63,064 nt of DNA, filler included, from an uncultured Synergistales bacterium (GCA_937897575.1; 5 parts of 5 records of this genome joined end to end with filler, not necessarily neighbours in it); one strand, 5' to 3'; positions 29,169 to 39,432 are shown, counted from the first letter of the whole stretch. Notes: generated by a model from the sequence alone, not told the origin. Translations and numbers: made by a program.

Positions 29169-31772
29169 CTACTTGCAGGGTGAATACCCGCAGCTGAAGC
29201 AGTACTCGCACCCCGATATCATCTCCATGGGCGCCCCGCACTCGGGGCACACCACGCCGCCGCCCTCCTCGTGGTGCGGTGCGCCGCCCTTGCCGATGAG
29301 CCGTTCGAGCAGGACCGCTATGGCGTCGGGGATGGACCGCGCCACGTGCTGATCGTCGAAGTTGAAGACCCAGTACTCTTTGCCCGACAGCCCCTTCAGT
29401 GTGGCGATGAAGTCCTCCAGCTTGCCGCCGCTTCGCAGGCCGATGGAGATGGCCCGCGACAGGGCCTCCGTCATGGCCTTGAGCTCGGAGCCGCTCTTGC
29501 CGATGGAGGCGAAGACCTCGAAGGGCTCCGTCCCGTCGAAGTTGAGCGTGACGTAGATGCTTCCCCAGGGGGTCTTCTCCTTGATGGTCTTTCCGAAGAC
29601 GACAAGGCCCGGACGCTCCTTCACCCGACTGGTGTGGGGCACTTCGGCCTTCGTCGTCTGGATCTCGGCCCCCTCCTCGGGCTTCTTCGTCGTCTCGATG
29701 GGCTGCATGGACCGGGAGCCGTCGCGATAGATGGTGATCCCCTTGGCCCCCATGTCGTAGCATCGGAGATAGATCGTCTTCACGTCGTCCACCGTGGCCG
29801 AGGCGGGCAAATTGACGGTCTTGCTGATGCCGCTGTCGATGATTCGGGAGAAGACGCCGGCCACCTCCACGTGCTCGTCGGGGCGGATGTCGTAGGCCGT
29901 GACGTAGATGGGGTCCTCGATCGCCCCCTGCTCGTGGAGCTCCCGCACGTGGGTGGGCGAGAGAAGTTTGTGGCAGAACTCCCTCGTCTCCTGCCCCACG
30001 CCGTCGGCCTTGGCGATCCGGCGCGTCCAGCTCCAGGCGAAGTTCGGCTCGATCCCCGAGCTCGTGTCGATGAGCATGGAGATGGAGCCCGTGGGGGCGA
30101 TGGAGAGCCGGCGGCTGTTTCGGATCTTGCCGTGGGAGAAGGCGTTCAGGACCTGTCCGGCGAGGGCGAGGCGGGTTCGTTCATCCCCGAGCCCCTCGGC
30201 GGTGAAGAAGGCCTCGATGGCGTTCACGAGGGTGTAGGGCAGCGTGGAGGAGGCTCGCATCTTCTCGACGAGGGCCTTCAGGCCGCCTCTGTCCAAGCGT
30301 CCGAACCAGGACTCGGGGAAGAGCTCCTCCCCCTGCTCCCGGGCGAAGTTCCGGAAGAGGTCCTCCACGAGGGGGGCCTCCTCGAAGGGGGCCTTGTCCA
30401 TGTCCGTGACCATGCCCACGGTGGCGCAGAGGGCCGCGCTCGCCATGGAGTCGCTGAGGGAGCGGCAGAAGGCTCTGAACCGCTCGGAGCCGTAGCGCAT
30501 GCCCAGCATGATGGCCGCGTCGGCGAGCCCCATGATTCCGAGGCCCACGGGGCGGATGCGCTTCGTCCGCATCTCGATCTTCTCCAGGGGGTAGGAGCAG
30601 GCGTCGATGACGAGGTCGAGGTAGTACATGGACCGGAAGACCTGGTCCACGAAGCCCTTGAAGTCGAAGGCCATGACGCCGCTCGAGTCCTTCGTCACGA
30701 AGGGCTCGATGTTGATGGAGCCGAGGTTGCAGCTCGTGTAGTTGGGCAGCGGCTGTTCGCCGCACGGGTTCGTGGACTCGATCCGCCACGTTTCGCCGAG
30801 CTTCAGCAGGTTGTCGTCGTTGGCCCTGTCGATGAAGAAGATGCCGGGGTCCCCTCGCTTCCAGGCGCTCTCGCAGAGCTTGTCCCACAGCTCGGCCCCT
30901 CGTACGGTCCGCACGACGGCCCCGTCCTTCCGGGACAGGAGGTCGAAGGAGCGGTCCTCCCGGGCCGCCGACATGAGCATGTCCGACACGCACACCGAGA
31001 TGTTGAAGTAGGGGAGCTTGCCCTCCTCCACCTTCGCGTCGATGAAATCGAAGATGTCCGGATGGTCGTCGAAGAGCATCCCCATAAGGGCGGCCCGCCG
31101 CCGTCCTCCCTGGACCACCACGGCGCCCATGGTGTTCCACGTCTCCATGAAGGAGACGGGGCCGCTGGCCTGACCGCCTATCCCGCCGTTGATGACGCTC
31201 CCCTTCTCGCGAAGGTGGCCGAAGTTGCCGCCCACGCCGCCGCCGTACTTGCTGATCACCGCGGCGTCCTTCACCGTATCGAAGATGCCGTCGATGCTGT
31301 CGGGGACGTTGATGACGAAACAGGCGAAGAGCTGCTGGCTCTTGGTCTTCGACCGCCGGAGGAGATCGTAGTCGTCGAAGGTCATCTCGTCGGGGTCGCA
31401 GTAGATCCTTTCGGACAGCTCGGGGTCGACGGTCAGTCCGGCGCCCGTCCCGAAGAGGCAGGGGGAGTTGAAGAGAAACCGCCGCTCCAGGATGTCGGTG
31501 AAAATGTTCCGCTCCAGCGTCCTGAGCCACTGGAGGTCGCCCTCCCCGCCCGAGAGATACAGGGTCTCGGTGCTGGCCAGTATCCGCGCCACCCTTCGGG
31601 CGAACTCCTCGAAGGTGTTCTCCTTCCTCAGGTCCTCAAGGGTTCCGTCGTACCTTCTGGCGAAATAGCGCTGGTCGAGAAGCCACAGGGCGTTCTCCGA
31701 AAGAACGCCACCCTCCTCCTGGCTCGATGGGGAAAATGACGAACGGAAGCGTTCACGGTACGAAAAAGACAC
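29169..31772 (-). CDS. nrdJ: Class II (adenosylcobalamin-dependent) ribonucleotide reductase with C-terminal TSCPD/Zn-ribbon
   Basis: QLFACF, QGGRRRAA.M, TNPCGEQPL...SCNLGS, IAPTGS, SKTVN, KGITIYRDGSR, CPECG...GC..C..CGYSPC. Confidence 0.93.
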   Translation of the reverse strand: MSFSYRERFRSSFSPSSQEEGGVLSENALWLLDQRYFARRYDGTLEDLRKENTFEEFARRVARILASTETLYLSGGEGDLQWLRTLERNIFTDILERRFLFNSPCLFGTGAGLTVDPELSERIYCDPDEMTFDDYDLLRRSKTKSQQLFACFVINVPDSIDGIFDTVKDAAVISKYGGGVGGNFGHLREKGSVINGGIGGQASGPVSFMETWNTMGAVVVQGGRRRAALMGMLFDDHPDIFDFIDAKVEEGKLPYFNISVCVSDMLMSAAREDRSFDLLSRKDGAVVRTVRGAELWDKLCESAWKRGDPGIFFIDRANDDNLLKLGETWRIESTNPCGEQPLPNYTSCNLGSINIEPFVTKDSSGVMAFDFKGFVDQVFRSMYYLDLVIDACSYPLEKIEMRTKRIRPVGLGIMGLADAAIMLGMRYGSERFRAFCRSLSDSMASAALCATVGMVTDMDKAPFEEAPLVEDLFRNFAREQGEELFPESWFGRLDRGGLKALVEKMRASSTLPYTLVNAIEAFFTAEGLGDERTRLALAGQVLNAFSHGKIRNSRRLSIAPTGSISMLIDTSSGIEPNFAWSWTRRIAKADGVGQETREFCHKLLSPTHVRELHEQGAIEDPIYVTAYDIRPDEHVEVAGVFSRIIDSGISKTVNLPASATVDDVKTIYLRCYDMGAKGITIYRDGSRSMQPIETTKKPEEGAEIQTTKAEVPHTSRVKERPGLVVFGKTIKEKTPWGSIYVTLNFDGTEPFEVFASIGKSGSELKAMTEALSRAISIGLRSGGKLEDFIATLKGLSGKEYWVFNFDDQHVARSIPDAIAVLLERLIGKGGAPHHEEGGGVVCPECGAPMEMISGCEYCFSCGYSPCK

Positions 31773-31787
31773 TTTCGGCCCCTCCCT

Positions 31788-31836
31788 ACACTATTAGGAG
31801 TATATTAAAAATAAATACACACAACATGTTGTGTGT
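31788..31836. promoter_or_regulatory. Tandem NrdR boxes
   Basis: Perfect palindrome ACACACAACATGTTGTGTGT (31817-31836); weaker box ACACTATTAGGAGTAT starts 31 nt from the 16-mer core. Confidence 0.8.
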
Positions 31837-32022
31837 GCGGACTCAAGCCTACCACTTTCCGGCGAAGAGTCAAGAGGGGGAAGAAAGGTCGAAAGGGCAG
31901 CATTTCGAACGGTGAAAACCAAAAAGCATGATATGATCGTTTTGTTACGGTGCGAAGACCGGCCGCGCATACGAGCCGGACGGGAGTTATTATAACGTAC
32001 TGGGGAGAGGAAAGATCACACT

Positions 32023-33210
32023 ATGAAAAGATATGACTTCGACACCATCATCGAGCGCCGGGGGACGATCTCCTCCAAATGGGACGACATGGCACCGCTT
32101 TTCGGCACCAACGACCTCCTTCCCCTGTGGGTGGCCGACATGGACTTCGCCGCCCCCCCGGAGATCGTGGACGCCCTCAGGAAACGGGTGGACCACGGAG
32201 TCTTCGGCTACACCCACCGGTTCGCCCCCTATCGCCAGGCCGTCGTCGGGTGGCTCCTCCGGCGGCACGGGTGGGCCGTGGACACGGAGTGGCTCCGCCA
32301 CACTCCGGGCGTGGTCCCCGCCCTGGCCATGGCCATCATGGCCTTCACCCAGCCGGGGGACGGGGTGCTCATCCAGCCGCCCGTGTATCACCCCTTCTCC
32401 GCCGTCATCCGGGGACGGGGCCGGAGGATCGTGGAGAACCCCCTGGTCTTCAGGGACGGACGGTTCGAGATGGACTTCGACGACCTCGAGAAGAAGCTGG
32501 ACGACTCGTCGGTGAAGCTCGTCTTCCTCTGCTCTCCCCACAACCCCTGCGGGCGGGTTTGGACCAGGAAGGAGCTCGAACGCTTCGCCGCCATCTGCGT
32601 CGCGCGGGATGTGGTGGTCGTCTCGGACGAGATTCACGGCGACATCATCTATTCGGGCAACAGGCACATCCCCCTGGCGTCCCTGTCGGGGGCGATCAGG
32701 GACCGGACCATCACGGCCATCGCTCCGAGCAAGACCTTCAACATCGCCGGTCTCTCCACGGCCGTGGCCGTCATCCCGTCCCGGCGCCTCAGGGACAACT
32801 ACACCTCCGTGCTCGACTTCCTGCATTTGGACGGCGGAAACACCTTCGGGACCATCGCCCTGGAGGTGGCCTACAACAAAGGAGATCAGTGGCTCGACGA
32901 GCTGATCGAGTACCTCGAGGGGAACGTCCGTTTCGTGGAGGAGTTCCTCGCCCGACGCCTGCCCGCCGTCACCCTCGTGAAACCCGAGGGGACCTACGTG
33001 CCCCTGCTGGACTGCCGGGCTCTGGGCCTTGGCGGCCAGGAGCTCCTGCGGCGGCTCGTGGAGCGGGGGCGCGTGGCCCTGAACGGCGGTCACTGGTTCG
33101 GGACCGCCGGCGAGGGCTTCATGCGCCTCAATATCGCCACGCCGAGAAAGCTCCTCGAGGACGGGATGGAGCGGATCGTCGCGGCGCTCTCGGAGGAGGG
33201 CGGTCGCTGA
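32023..33210 (+). CDS. MalY/PatB family PLP-dependent C-S lyase
   Basis: LPLWVADMDF, CSPHNP.GRVW, SDEIH, APSKTFNIAG, FMRLN.ATP. Confidence 0.93.
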   Translation: MKRYDFDTIIERRGTISSKWDDMAPLFGTNDLLPLWVADMDFAAPPEIVDALRKRVDHGVFGYTHRFAPYRQAVVGWLLRRHGWAVDTEWLRHTPGVVPALAMAIMAFTQPGDGVLIQPPVYHPFSAVIRGRGRRIVENPLVFRDGRFEMDFDDLEKKLDDSSVKLVFLCSPHNPCGRVWTRKELERFAAICVARDVVVVSDEIHGDIIYSGNRHIPLASLSGAIRDRTITAIAPSKTFNIAGLSTAVAVIPSRRLRDNYTSVLDFLHLDGGNTFGTIALEVAYNKGDQWLDELIEYLEGNVRFVEEFLARRLPAVTLVKPEGTYVPLLDCRALGLGGQELLRRLVERGRVALNGGHWFGTAGEGFMRLNIATPRKLLEDGMERIVAALSEEGGR

Positions 33211-33413
33211 CCATCGACTCGGAGGTCGGTAGAGAGGGCCGGATCGCCCGAAGTGCTCCGCATGGCCGCTCGGTTCTCCGTCGAGTGGCCGTGCGGAAGC
33301 AGATAAATTCCCTTGGGTGGGAATTACCACCCCGTCAGGTGATTGTTTTTTTTCGCCCGCACCGGTACAAAGGGCGCAGGTTCGGACACCCACCGGAAAG
33401 GAGTTGGACGAGT

Positions 33414-34859
33414 GTGGCGGAGGTCTTCGCCCTTGACCGGCACCCCAGGCTGAGAGTTCTTCTGGCCCCCATCGGGCTGGCGCTGTCCATGCTCTGGCTC
33501 TCCTTCGGCATGCGCGTGGTCTTCCTGCGCCAGGAGCATTTCGCCTTCCCCACCTTTCTCTTCGCCTTCGGCCTCGTCTCCGTTCTTCTCTCGAAGACGG
33601 ACCTCACGGCCCCCGAGGCGCTGCGAAAGAGGACGGTCTTCGCCGCCCCTCTGCTAATCCTCCTCTCATCGGCGCTCCTCTGGATGGGGACGCCCCTGAA
33701 GGCGGCGGCCATGGCCGTGGCGGCCATGGGCAGCGCCACGCTCGTGTGCCAGTGGATGTCCTTCTGCGTCGTCCTGTCCCCCTACCGATTCGCCCTCACC
33801 TACGCCCTGGCGTCCCTGACGACCCTCGCCGCCGGGGAGTTCCTCTTCGCGGGGACGGGGATCCTCCGCCACGTGATTCTGCTGGGGACGCCCTTCCTCT
33901 CCGCGGGGCTCCTCCACCTGGCATCGGGCGACGACGAACCTCAACCCCAGGCGCGGGACGATGTCTCCCTCCTGTCGGTGAAGACCATCCTCTATCTCTT
34001 CTTCTTCTCCTTCGTGCTGAACGGGAGCGAGCTGCTGACCCAGGTCTCCCTCGACCGGGATCCCTCCCTGACCCTGCTGAAGAACGGGGCCTACAGTCTG
34101 GCTCTCGCGGGAACGGTCCTGACCCTTCGCGCCCGGCAGGGGCTCTCGCCCCGCACCTTCATGGGAGGAGCCCTTCTTCTGGCCGCCATGGGGACGCTCC
34201 TCCTCGGCCCCTCCCCCGCCCTTGGCATCGTCTTTCTCGAGGCAGGGTGCGCCCTCTTCGAGGTGGCCTTCTGGCTCTTCATGCTCGACCTGGCGACGCA
34301 AAGCGACCACCCCTCCCGGATCATGTGCGGCGGCGTCGCCCTCGTCGCCTTCGCCCTGCTCTCGACGCACGTCCTCTCCACGCTCTTCGCGCCCTTCCTC
34401 CCGACCCTGCTCCGGGAGAACATGCGGCTGTTCCAGACGGGGCTCTTCTTCGCCCTCTCCACGCTCTTCCTCTTCCTCCCCCACCCCACGGGGGAGATAT
34501 CGGCGACCCCGGAGGACCCCGCGGCGGGACGGGCGGACCGGGAGGATGCCCCGCCCTCGCTCAGCATCGAGGAGGACGAGCTGCTCATCAAGGGGATCTT
34601 CGACGCCTTCGGCCTGACGCGCCAGGAGAGCAAGGTGGCCTTCCTCCTCCTGGACGGCGCGGGGGACGACCGGATATGCGGCGAACTGTACATCTCGAAG
34701 AACACGCTCAAGTACCACATACGGAACCTCATCCGGAAGCTGAACATCCCGAGCCGACGGGAGCTCCCTCCCCTGGTGGGACGGGCCCTCGCCGAGTCCA
34801 GGGCGACGGTTCGGACCGGAGAGACATCAGACCAACCCAAGGAGGGAACCCGATCATGA
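33414..34859 (+). CDS. Polytopic membrane protein with C-terminal LuxR-type HTH
   Basis: GTG after AAAGGAG; many TM segments, then LTRQESKVAFLLLDG....ICGELYISKNTLKYHIRNLIRKL. Confidence 0.85.
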   Translation: MAEVFALDRHPRLRVLLAPIGLALSMLWLSFGMRVVFLRQEHFAFPTFLFAFGLVSVLLSKTDLTAPEALRKRTVFAAPLLILLSSALLWMGTPLKAAAMAVAAMGSATLVCQWMSFCVVLSPYRFALTYALASLTTLAAGEFLFAGTGILRHVILLGTPFLSAGLLHLASGDDEPQPQARDDVSLLSVKTILYLFFFSFVLNGSELLTQVSLDRDPSLTLLKNGAYSLALAGTVLTLRARQGLSPRTFMGGALLLAAMGTLLLGPSPALGIVFLEAGCALFEVAFWLFMLDLATQSDHPSRIMCGGVALVAFALLSTHVLSTLFAPFLPTLLRENMRLFQTGLFFALSTLFLFLPHPTGEISATPEDPAAGRADREDAPPSLSIEEDELLIKGIFDAFGLTRQESKVAFLLLDGAGDDRICGELYISKNTLKYHIRNLIRKLNIPSRRELPPLVGRALAESRATVRTGETSDQPKEGTRS

Positions 34860-36295
34860 GCAAACGCAGCATCCCCGCCCTCGGCCTGGCCGTTCTTCTC
34901 CTCTCCGCCCCGGCGTCCTGGGGCACGACCCTCTCCGCCTACCCTCTGTGGGAGACGGTCCTGCTCTTCGAGCAACCGGGCCGTGATGCGGAGTTCCTTG
35001 AAGTGAAGGCGAAGGAGGAGGAGATATCCCTGTCCGAGAGGGCGTACGCCCAAGGGGCCTTCTGGTACAGGATCGCCCACGAGGGGCGGGACGCCTGGAT
35101 ATTTCAGGACGACCTCTACATCCTCGCCGGGGGCGAGAGCGCACTGGTCTCCACCGCTCTCGAGACGGCCGACGGCGCTTTCGAGAATCTCTTCGATGGG
35201 ATGGGGCCAGACGGCTCCTGGATCCGCCGGGGCAATGCGCTCTACGAAGGGGACGAGAACAACGGCCCCGGGGTCGTCATGACCTGGGCATCGAAGGACG
35301 CCGTGATCCAGACCATGAGCACGGAGCACGCCGTCCTCCCCCTCTACTTCGCCCTGCGGACCGCCGAGGCCAGCGACGCCTTCCTCGGCTTCCCGGCCGT
35401 GGGGATGACGGAGGACGAGATCGCGAACCGCTTCGGCGCCGCGACGGCCTACTTGGGCGGCGCCCTCGTCTACGACCCCGAGGACGGCGGCGGGCACCGG
35501 GACCTCCGGTTCACCCTGTCCGACGGCGCGGTGACCCTCGTGGAGAGCTCCGTTTTCCCGGGCAACGGGGTGGAGCTGCCGGAACGGATCTACGAGCTGC
35601 GCCGCTTCCGGAGCGAGGCAAACGAGTATCCGAGAGCGGCGCTCTGCGCGGAGCACGACGTCCCGCTGCGGCCGGAGCCGTCCCGGGCAAGCACCATCCT
35701 GACGACGATCCAGAGGGACGCTTCGCTCTGGGTCGTCACCGCCGTGGACCGGGGCGAACCGCACCTCTGGTACGAGGTGGAGACGGCGGACCGGAGGAGG
35801 GGGTACGTGTACGGCGAGCATGTCGCGCTGGACGATTCGCCCAGGGACCCCGTGCGCCGGTGCACGGACTTTCTCCGGCGGGGCGGCGCGGCCGGCATCG
35901 CGGCGAGGCTGGGCGAACCCGAGGCTCCCCCCAAGGAGGAGAACGGGCGGACCGTCCACCAATGGCCCGGGCTCACCGTCTGGGCCGACGGCCAGACCGG
36001 CGGGGCCGACGACATCGTTCGATTCATGCTGCGGCAGCCCGTCTGTGATTTCTGCGGAGTCCGGCCGGGCGACGGAGTCTACGTCCTCGACGAACTGCTC
36101 GAGCTCATGACGGCCCACGGATGGTCCGGAGGGCCTCTTCACGTCGGTGAGAACCGCTGGACGAGCGGGGAGCGGGATATGGCCCTCTCCTTCGACGTGG
36201 AGGACCAGGTGCAGGGCGAGGTGCTCTCCTCCATCACCTTCGACCGTCTCGCGCCCCCCGCGAATCCGGCGGAAGAGGAAGGTGATACACCGTGA
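34856..36295 (+). CDS. Secreted SH3b-domain protein
   Basis: ATGA overlap with LuxR gene; signal peptide; VPLRPEPS...WYEV.....RGYVYGEHV. Confidence 0.78.
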   Translation: MSKRSIPALGLAVLLLSAPASWGTTLSAYPLWETVLLFEQPGRDAEFLEVKAKEEEISLSERAYAQGAFWYRIAHEGRDAWIFQDDLYILAGGESALVSTALETADGAFENLFDGMGPDGSWIRRGNALYEGDENNGPGVVMTWASKDAVIQTMSTEHAVLPLYFALRTAEASDAFLGFPAVGMTEDEIANRFGAATAYLGGALVYDPEDGGGHRDLRFTLSDGAVTLVESSVFPGNGVELPERIYELRRFRSEANEYPRAALCAEHDVPLRPEPSRASTILTTIQRDASLWVVTAVDRGEPHLWYEVETADRRRGYVYGEHVALDDSPRDPVRRCTDFLRRGGAAGIAARLGEPEAPPKEENGRTVHQWPGLTVWADGQTGGADDIVRFMLRQPVCDFCGVRPGDGVYVLDELLELMTAHGWSGGPLHVGENRWTSGERDMALSFDVEDQVQGEVLSSITFDRLAPPANPAEEEGDTP

Positions 36296-37527
36296 CCCTC
36301 TCGTCCACCCGGCGGAGAATAACGCTCCTCTGCTGCGCCGCTCTCCTCGTCCTCATCGGCTCCCTGCCGGCCGCCGGGGAGCCCGAGGCCCTTCAGGTCA
36401 TGGTCGGCCAGTCCTCCGGGCAGAATGTCCGCGTCCGCTCCCTCCCCTCGACGAAGGGGGAGATCCTCGGCGCCCTGGGCTCCGGGGATACGATCATCGT
36501 GGCGGAGCGGCGGGACACGGGCGAGACGCACCCGTGGTACCGGATCATCTACCCTGTCAGGGACGGATGGGTCTACGGCCAGTACGTCCAGTTTTTCGCC
36601 TCCGGGAAGGAGGTCCCCTTCGAGCCGTCGGACTACTGGACGCTTTTCCGGCTCTCCCTCCTCCTCATCGCGGAGTACGGCTACACCCCCGACGAGGCGC
36701 AGGCCCGCTTCGGCACACCGCTCTCGACGGAACACCTGCCTGCCCGAGAGGGGCGGGGCGCGCTCTCCGTCCTCTCCTACCCCGGGTTCGTCCTCGGCTT
36801 TGAACGGGGCGAGGGTGGGGACGCTCTTGCCGCCGTGTCCGTCGCCCCGGGGAACAGCGCCGCCCCCTTCGGCCCCTGGAGAAGCGGCGACAACGCCCGG
36901 ACGCTGAAGCAGCTCCTGCCCAGCTATGACGAATCGGACGGGCAGTGGTCCTTCTACAGTGAGGAGATCGGCCTGTACTTCCGCTTTCCCGTCGAAGACG
37001 GCTTCATCGGGAGCATGGCCTTCTACAACAGCGATCTGACCTCCGACTACCTCGCACTGCCCGATCCGACCAAGGGACCGGGCCCCGACGAGACGCTGCC
37101 CATCGAACGGATCCCCGACCTCCACCGTCACAGGACCCTGGTTCACAACGGGGAGAATCGCGCAAGCGACGCGCCTCTGGCCTTCCGGGACCTGCAGAAG
37201 AACAGGGGGAAGAGGGACGCCACCGCCCTGTTCAACGAGTCGAAGACCCTCTCCGCCAGGGTTGAGACGGCGGTTCTTCCCGCATCGGACCTCGGGGTCC
37301 CCGCCGAGGGGACGGTCTCCTTCGAGCAGATCGTGGTGCGCAACGAGCGGACGGGGGCCGAGTACGCCGTATACTGCCCGGCCCTGCCCCACCTGGCCAT
37401 CCATGACGTCGTCTGGTACCGGGACAGGTACCTTCTGTTCGACATCCCCTCGGACGCCTTCTCCGGACGGCACTACGTGGTGGACGCCCCGGGGCGGAGC
37501 GTCCTGTGGCAGGCCTTCGTGGAGTAA
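36292..37527 (+). CDS. Secreted SH3b-domain protein
   Basis: GTGA overlap; signal peptide; NVRVRSLPST...HPWYRI...DGWVYGQYV. Confidence 0.8.
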   Translation: MTLSSTRRRITLLCCAALLVLIGSLPAAGEPEALQVMVGQSSGQNVRVRSLPSTKGEILGALGSGDTIIVAERRDTGETHPWYRIIYPVRDGWVYGQYVQFFASGKEVPFEPSDYWTLFRLSLLLIAEYGYTPDEAQARFGTPLSTEHLPAREGRGALSVLSYPGFVLGFERGEGGDALAAVSVAPGNSAAPFGPWRSGDNARTLKQLLPSYDESDGQWSFYSEEIGLYFRFPVEDGFIGSMAFYNSDLTSDYLALPDPTKGPGPDETLPIERIPDLHRHRTLVHNGENRASDAPLAFRDLQKNRGKRDATALFNESKTLSARVETAVLPASDLGVPAEGTVSFEQIVVRNERTGAEYAVYCPALPHLAIHDVVWYRDRYLLFDIPSDAFSGRHYVVDAPGRSVLWQAFVE

Positions 37528-37624
37528 CGGCGGGCGTCCGGGCCGCACGCCCGCGACAGGGAGAGGAGCGTCGTCGCAGAGGGGGCCGTCGTCCCCATCA
37601 CTCTTCGCAATAGGAGGGATCGTC

Positions 37625-38023
37625 GTGAAGAACAAGACACCGCCCATCGTCCCGTGCCCCTTCGTTCGTACCCATCGCGCCGCCCCCCGTCACCAAATGA
37701 CCTGGGCGAAGAGAGGTGCGCTGCTCCTCGCCGTCGCGGCACTTCTCGCCCTCTCGGTGGGCTGGCGCCCGGGATATGCGGCCAAGGGGGCGAAGGAGCG
37801 CGCTCCGCACGGCCGCGTCCGGGTGGTGGAGCAATCGGCAGATTTCAGAGTGCAGGTGGTGGAACACTTTCCGGACCTTCGGGTACAGGTGGTGGAACAT
37901 TTTCCCGACAAGGCCGGCCGGTGGCAGTTCGTAGAGCACTCCGCCGATTTCACGGTGCAGTTCGTCACGTCCTTCCCCGACCTCCGGGTGCGCTTCGTGG
38001 AGGCTTTCCCCGGTCCACCCTGA
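37625..38023 (+). CDS. Small exported repeat protein, 7(1) septoil-knot/DUF6150-like
   Basis: GTG after GGAGG; hydrophobic segment; 10-aa repeats RVQVVEHFPD, G.WQFVE, FVEAFPG. Confidence 0.7.
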   Translation: MKNKTPPIVPCPFVRTHRAAPRHQMTWAKRGALLLAVAALLALSVGWRPGYAAKGAKERAPHGRVRVVEQSADFRVQVVEHFPDLRVQVVEHFPDKAGRWQFVEHSADFTVQFVTSFPDLRVRFVEAFPGPP

Positions 38024-38118
38024 CGGACAGGGAAGGGACGTCTTCAAGAGACAGGCTCGTCACAGAGCACCGCCGCTCTTTATATACAGAGACTATATAA
38101 ATCTAAGGAGGAAGAAAC

Positions 38119-39432
38119 ATGATACACACCCGCACTTTCGGAAAAATCGCGCTGATCCTCACGATCGCACTGGTCCTGGGCAGCACAGCCCCGGCCTTCG
38201 CCGAGCCGTCCGTCAAGGTCTCCAGCTCCTCCATCTCCTTCTCCGAGGACGTGACGGACGACATGATCGCCGATGCGTCGAAGCAGTTCGAAGAGAAGAA
38301 GGGCGACATCGCCAAGGCGACCCTCAGCCTTCAGTACGTCACCGACGATATGGTGGCCAAGGCCTGCGCGGCCTACCCCGGCGTCCGGAAGATCGAGCTG
38401 CTGAACGCCCCGGAGCTGACCTCCGTGGCACCCGTGGCCGGTCTCGCCGACATCACGGAGCTCACCTTCCAGGACCTGCCGAAGGTGACGGACCTCTCCC
38501 CCCTGTCGAAGAACACGAAACTCACCCGCATGGGGATCACACGAGTGGACTTCGCAAACCCCGACATGAAGTGGATCGCCCCTCTGACGGATCTGTCGGA
38601 CCTCTCCATGGAGAAAGCCCCTGCCTCCTTCACATCCCTCGAAGGTATGGAGAGCCTGGTCAAGCTGCGGCAGTTCACCCTCAGGCGGTCCACCGCCCCG
38701 GACCTCACGCCGCTGTGCGCCCTGCCGAACCTGCAGAAATTGAGCCTGGCCTACAGCTTTGCCGACCTGACGCCCCTAAAGGGGTGCGCCAAGCTCACGG
38801 AGCTCAGCCTCTATGGGTCCACGGCGACGGACATCGCCCCCCTGGCCGAGGTCCCGTCGCTGAAGGCCCTCGACGTCTACGCCACCAAGAACATCGCAGA
38901 CTATGATGCCATCGGCACCATCAAGACCCTGGAGAGCGTCGCCACGGGCCTGTCGGCCATGACCTCCGCCGCCTGGGCCGCCGAGCTCCCGAACCTGAAG
39001 CGGGCCACCTTCTTCAAGGACGCCATTGCGGACCTGTCCCCCCTGGGCAAGGCCACGTCCCTGGAGCACCTGGACCTGTGGCAGCTCGAGGTGCCGGACA
39101 CGGCCTTCCTCGCCCCGCTGAAGAACCTCAAGACGCTGAAGATGGACAGCTCCAACAAGGAGTCCAAGACGCCCCTGGACCTCTCGGCCCTCAAGGACCT
39201 CGCCGCCCTGAAGACCCTCGTCGTCTCGAACTCCCCCGTCTCCAACCCGGGGACCCTTTCGTCCCTCGCCGCCCTGGAGTACCTGGACATCCGGAAGACG
39301 GAGGGCATCTCCGACCTGCGCCCCCTCATCGGTCTGACGAAACTCAAGGAGATACAGGTGTCGCCCAATACCTTCTCCGAGGCGGACACGAACGTCCTGA
39401 CCGAGAAGGGGATCAAGGTCCAGGCGAGATAA
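38119..39432 (+). CDS. Secreted leucine-rich-repeat (internalin-like) protein
   Basis: Strong RBS, signal peptide AFA, ~22-aa DLSPL..L..L..L.L repeats. Confidence 0.9.
   Translation: MIHTRTFGKIALILTIALVLGSTAPAFAEPSVKVSSSSISFSEDVTDDMIADASKQFEEKKGDIAKATLSLQYVTDDMVAKACAAYPGVRKIELLNAPELTSVAPVAGLADITELTFQDLPKVTDLSPLSKNTKLTRMGITRVDFANPDMKWIAPLTDLSDLSMEKAPASFTSLEGMESLVKLRQFTLRRSTAPDLTPLCALPNLQKLSLAYSFADLTPLKGCAKLTELSLYGSTATDIAPLAEVPSLKALDVYATKNIADYDAIGTIKTLESVATGLSAMTSAAWAAELPNLKRATFFKDAIADLSPLGKATSLEHLDLWQLEVPDTAFLAPLKNLKTLKMDSSNKESKTPLDLSALKDLAALKTLVVSNSPVSNPGTLSSLAALEYLDIRKTEGISDLRPLIGLTKLKEIQVSPNTFSEADTNVLTEKGIKVQAR

Noticed and set aside
29169..31772. Intein or intron in nrdJ
   Set aside because: Frame is continuous and the insertions lack intein terminal or homing-endonuclease motifs
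32079..33413. N-terminal half of the 926-aa ORF 32079-34859 (similarly the upstream parts of 33746-36295, 50090-52231 and 56905-58293, and the 5' part of 47355-48935)
   Set aside because: Off-frame overlap with neighbouring real genes; true starts were assigned from RBS and homology
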